Shown here in pieces: positions 61,181 to 64,000 of a DNA stretch of 64,000 nt. The stretch is taken from NCBI GenBank assembly GCA_026770705.1, contig JANJGN010000026.1:32178001-32242000 (forward strand). The letters are read 5' to 3'. The position numbers and the translations under genes are program-made. Position 1 is the first letter of the stretch. Each line of letters begins with the position of its first letter. The stretch is from Isurus oxyrinchus (taxonomy: Eukaryota). Under the pieces are notes generated by a model. It had not been told where the DNA came from, searched no databases, and saw nothing but the letters and a program-made list of their open reading frames with translations.

Positions 61181-61877
61181 ATGTGTTTATTTAATTACTT
61201 CATTTTCAATTCAGAAATCAATATCCCATGAATGTCGGTGGTTCAGTTGATTCGCTAATAAATTGCTGTGAACACCATTATTTTTAATATAAGCATGCTT
61301 TGAATATTTCTAATGATCAACTCATCCAACGTTGCTGAGCAGATACGTTGTCCGCAAACTCCCATCCTGCTAAAATCAATCAAATAGCCAAACCCCTCCC
61401 TTTCACCATTTAATTAATTTCAAATGCGGCGTTTCTCTATTGACCGCATTGTTGTATTAAAATTCCTCAGGGCCCACTGGCCGTCTGTATCTCACACTCT
61501 GAGAGCAGTTCCTCTAACTGGCTTCCCGAACAGAACAATTTTAACAGTTTTCCATCTCTGTCCCTGCCTCACAAATTGAACCTGATAAAGGACGAACATT
61601 AGGTTTAACCATCGTCCAGTGCCCAGATGTGAGATGAGCAAATTCACTTTGTCCGTTTCTCTCCGCGCCGAAGGATTTGAGATCCCAGAGGTTGTAAGAT
61701 CATAGGTTTAATTGAAGACAAAGGAGTTTTAAGCTGATTGGATGTCAGCGGATGATGCTGCCAGGAAAAAACCAATGAGCAGAACGGCGAATGTTACTCA
61801 ATCCCTTACGAATTCTTGACTAAAACAATTTCAGATTCAGCCCCTCCTGCTCAAATCTGCCCGAGCTCTCTGCAAAC

Positions 61878-62659
61878 ATGTCTCCTGTTACTTTGTATTT
61901 ATCCCTCACAGCTGCAGCTCTTTTAACCGGTAGGTTCACAAGTTGCACAACTCTGTGTTTCGCATCTTTACCAAACATTACGTTTACTGGGGCAATTCTC
62001 TCAACACATAGATAACAGTGGATTGATCCTGGGTGAGGAAATCTTCCGTATCCACTTTGCCCCAACACGGGCTTTGACAAACACTCGAGTTTTTAACCCA
62101 TAGACGGTTTTCCGTTTGCCCTCCAATTTACAGGAAACGCGTCGAAATGTCCGTTTATTTAATCGGTCCAAACAGCTTCCAGTTACAGCCCCTGAGCTGC
62201 GGGAAATCTACATCTGTTTAGCCGCCCTGATTCATTTCTCAGGTTAACGGGCCGATTCTGGCGGGGACGTAGTGAAGTGACATTGTATAATTGAATATCT
62301 CTCTGGGCTCTTACAGGACATTGTGGAGGAGATTCCGTTTCACAGACACCGGCCACAGTCACAGTGAGTGAAGGACATAATGTTCAGTTGCTCTGTAATT
62401 TTACAGCTACAACCAGCAACCCTGACCTTTTGTGGTACCGTCAGTATCCCAGCGGATCCCTGGAGTATCTGCTGCAGAGGAATAAATTTAGCGAGGACAC
62501 AGGAAGATTACCGGGAGACCGTTTTTCAGCGGCGTTTGATGATATGAATCGCACGGTCCCGCTGAAAGTGTCTAAAACTGAACTGAGCGACTCCGCGGTC
62601 TATTACTGCGCAGTGAGACCCACAGAGACACAGAGCTAGGCTGAACCTGTACAAAAACT
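61878..62659 (+). CDS. TRAV/DV: Intact TCR alpha/delta V gene (leader 61878-61929, V exon 62317-62620, RSS 62621-62659)
   Basis: MSPVTLYLSLTAAALLT|GHCGGDSVSQTPATVTVSEGHNVQLLCNFTATTSNPDLLWYRQYPSGSLEYLLQRNKFSEDTGRLPGDRFSAAFDDMNRTVPLKVSKTELSDSAVYYCAVRP; CACAGAG-23-ACAAAAACT. Confidence 0.94.
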
Positions 62660-64000
62660 GCCAGACTGTCTCTCAACATAACCGTGCAGTAGGCAAACAA
62701 TATGATCAGGGGTGAGTCTGACTTGATTCATGAATTTCCGATGTCTCGTACTTTTAACTCTATTATATAGTTCATTCGTAATATGTATATTATTAAAGTG
62801 CAGTCAGTTTCCTGATATCCCAAAGTATCTCACCGTCACTGTTATAAAGCAACTCAGAAAGCTCAGCGCCAGTTGGACCCAGCATGATCCTACATACAGT
62901 AATTTTTCAATGGCTTACCCGTTCCGGTGACGGTGATTGATGGATAGATATTGCCCAGGACAATTTCCTTCTCCTTCTTCCAAAGTGGAGCCGGAGGCAT
63001 CCTGCACAGCCGATTTAAAAGCTGGCCCCTCTGACGGTGCACCATTCCCTAAGGGCTGCATTGGGATATCAGCATTGATCCTGGGCCTCAAGTCTCTGAA
63101 AGGGGATTGGAAGCTTGAAGCTCCTGATTCAGAGGCGATAGGGCTAATATCGGAGCCTCATCTGATAAACAATGGTTTCAAATTAGCCCTTATGCTGTTA
63201 ATTCTAAGACACCTGTATTTTTATGATAGGTAATATATAATGCATATGTGCACATGCAGGTAGGTGAGTGCAAAGTTTCATAGAGGTGATCAGCCTGATG
63301 ATTCATTGGCAGATTGGCATCGGCCTCTCGGTATTTCTACCACCTCCTCTCCCTGAACAGGATGTCAGTTTCGATCAGGTTCTCCCCAGTAAATGCCCGG
63401 ACTGTAGTTCCCGACAAACTGCCGATATCCTGTTGAGCGGAAAATATCTCTGAACAGACTGGAGACCAAATCCGGGAAACCCCAGGATGTGGTGACCGCT
63501 CATCAATACAATCCAGGAAGGAGGACAGGTTGAAATAAAGAAAAACAACTAAATCATACATTACTGGTCTACGTGGAAATAAGCAGACAATAAATTTAAC
63601 CCCTGGATTGAAACATTACTCGACAAGACAAAGAAAATCTTCTCCTGATGTCGTGCTTTTCCTGACTCAGGGCGTTCGGAAGCCTTTCCAACTTCAGCAA
63701 GTACGTTTCCAGTGAAGTCACTGTTGTGATGTTAGAAGAATTATTTCCACAGTGGGCAGCAGAGATGTTTACTTCTCTGTTAGAATGGGTTGTCACTCTG
63801 ACCCTGGATTAAAGGAATTTGTGGTTCCAGGTATTTTCCGGATACTTTGAACTTGTGGCAAATGGCAACCAGAAGATTTGGTGACAACATGTCTTTCTCT
63901 CACTGTGTTTTTGCCTCATTGAGGAATATTGATCAAAAAATTATGCTGCCCTCCTTATACGGGCTACCTCGTGATAACGGACCACGAAATACAATGGCTT

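Noticed and set aside
1-64000. D, J, constant exons, or IgH-like/TAILV V segments
   Set aside because: No 12-RSS-flanked segment, FGxG J motif, C1 domain or clear IgH-type V framework was found by eye.

Overview
Eukaryotic (not prokaryotic) DNA: a 64-kb piece of the variable-gene region of a T-cell receptor alpha/delta (TRA/TRD) locus. The V sequences, CR1/Penelope/Deu-SINE repeat content and a NAR-TCR-supporting-like V point to a cartilaginous fish (inference). About 21 V segments or relics from roughly 9 families lie on both strands. Four look intact (leader exon, intron, V exon, RSS): 20141-20639 (-), 32163-32706 (-), 39802-40276 (+), 61878-62659 (+). The rest are pseudogenes, many still with good RSSs. 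No D, J or C segments were seen. Intergenic DNA is CR1 and other LINE fragments, SINEs, a Penelope-like insertion, a 27-bp satellite and decayed tRNA copies. Most unusual observations: (1) a 62-bp-period tandem array of 23-RSSs behind a leaderless, extra-cysteine V; (2) a V family with leader and V fused in one exon; (3) a V family with a 24-bp RSS spacer; (4) CTCF-like motifs at family-specific positions, co-oriented with the V genes; (5) orphan promoter copies pointing antisense into RSSs; (6) a minimal hammerhead ribozyme motif in the Penelope element. All calls were made by eye; repeat boundaries are approximate.
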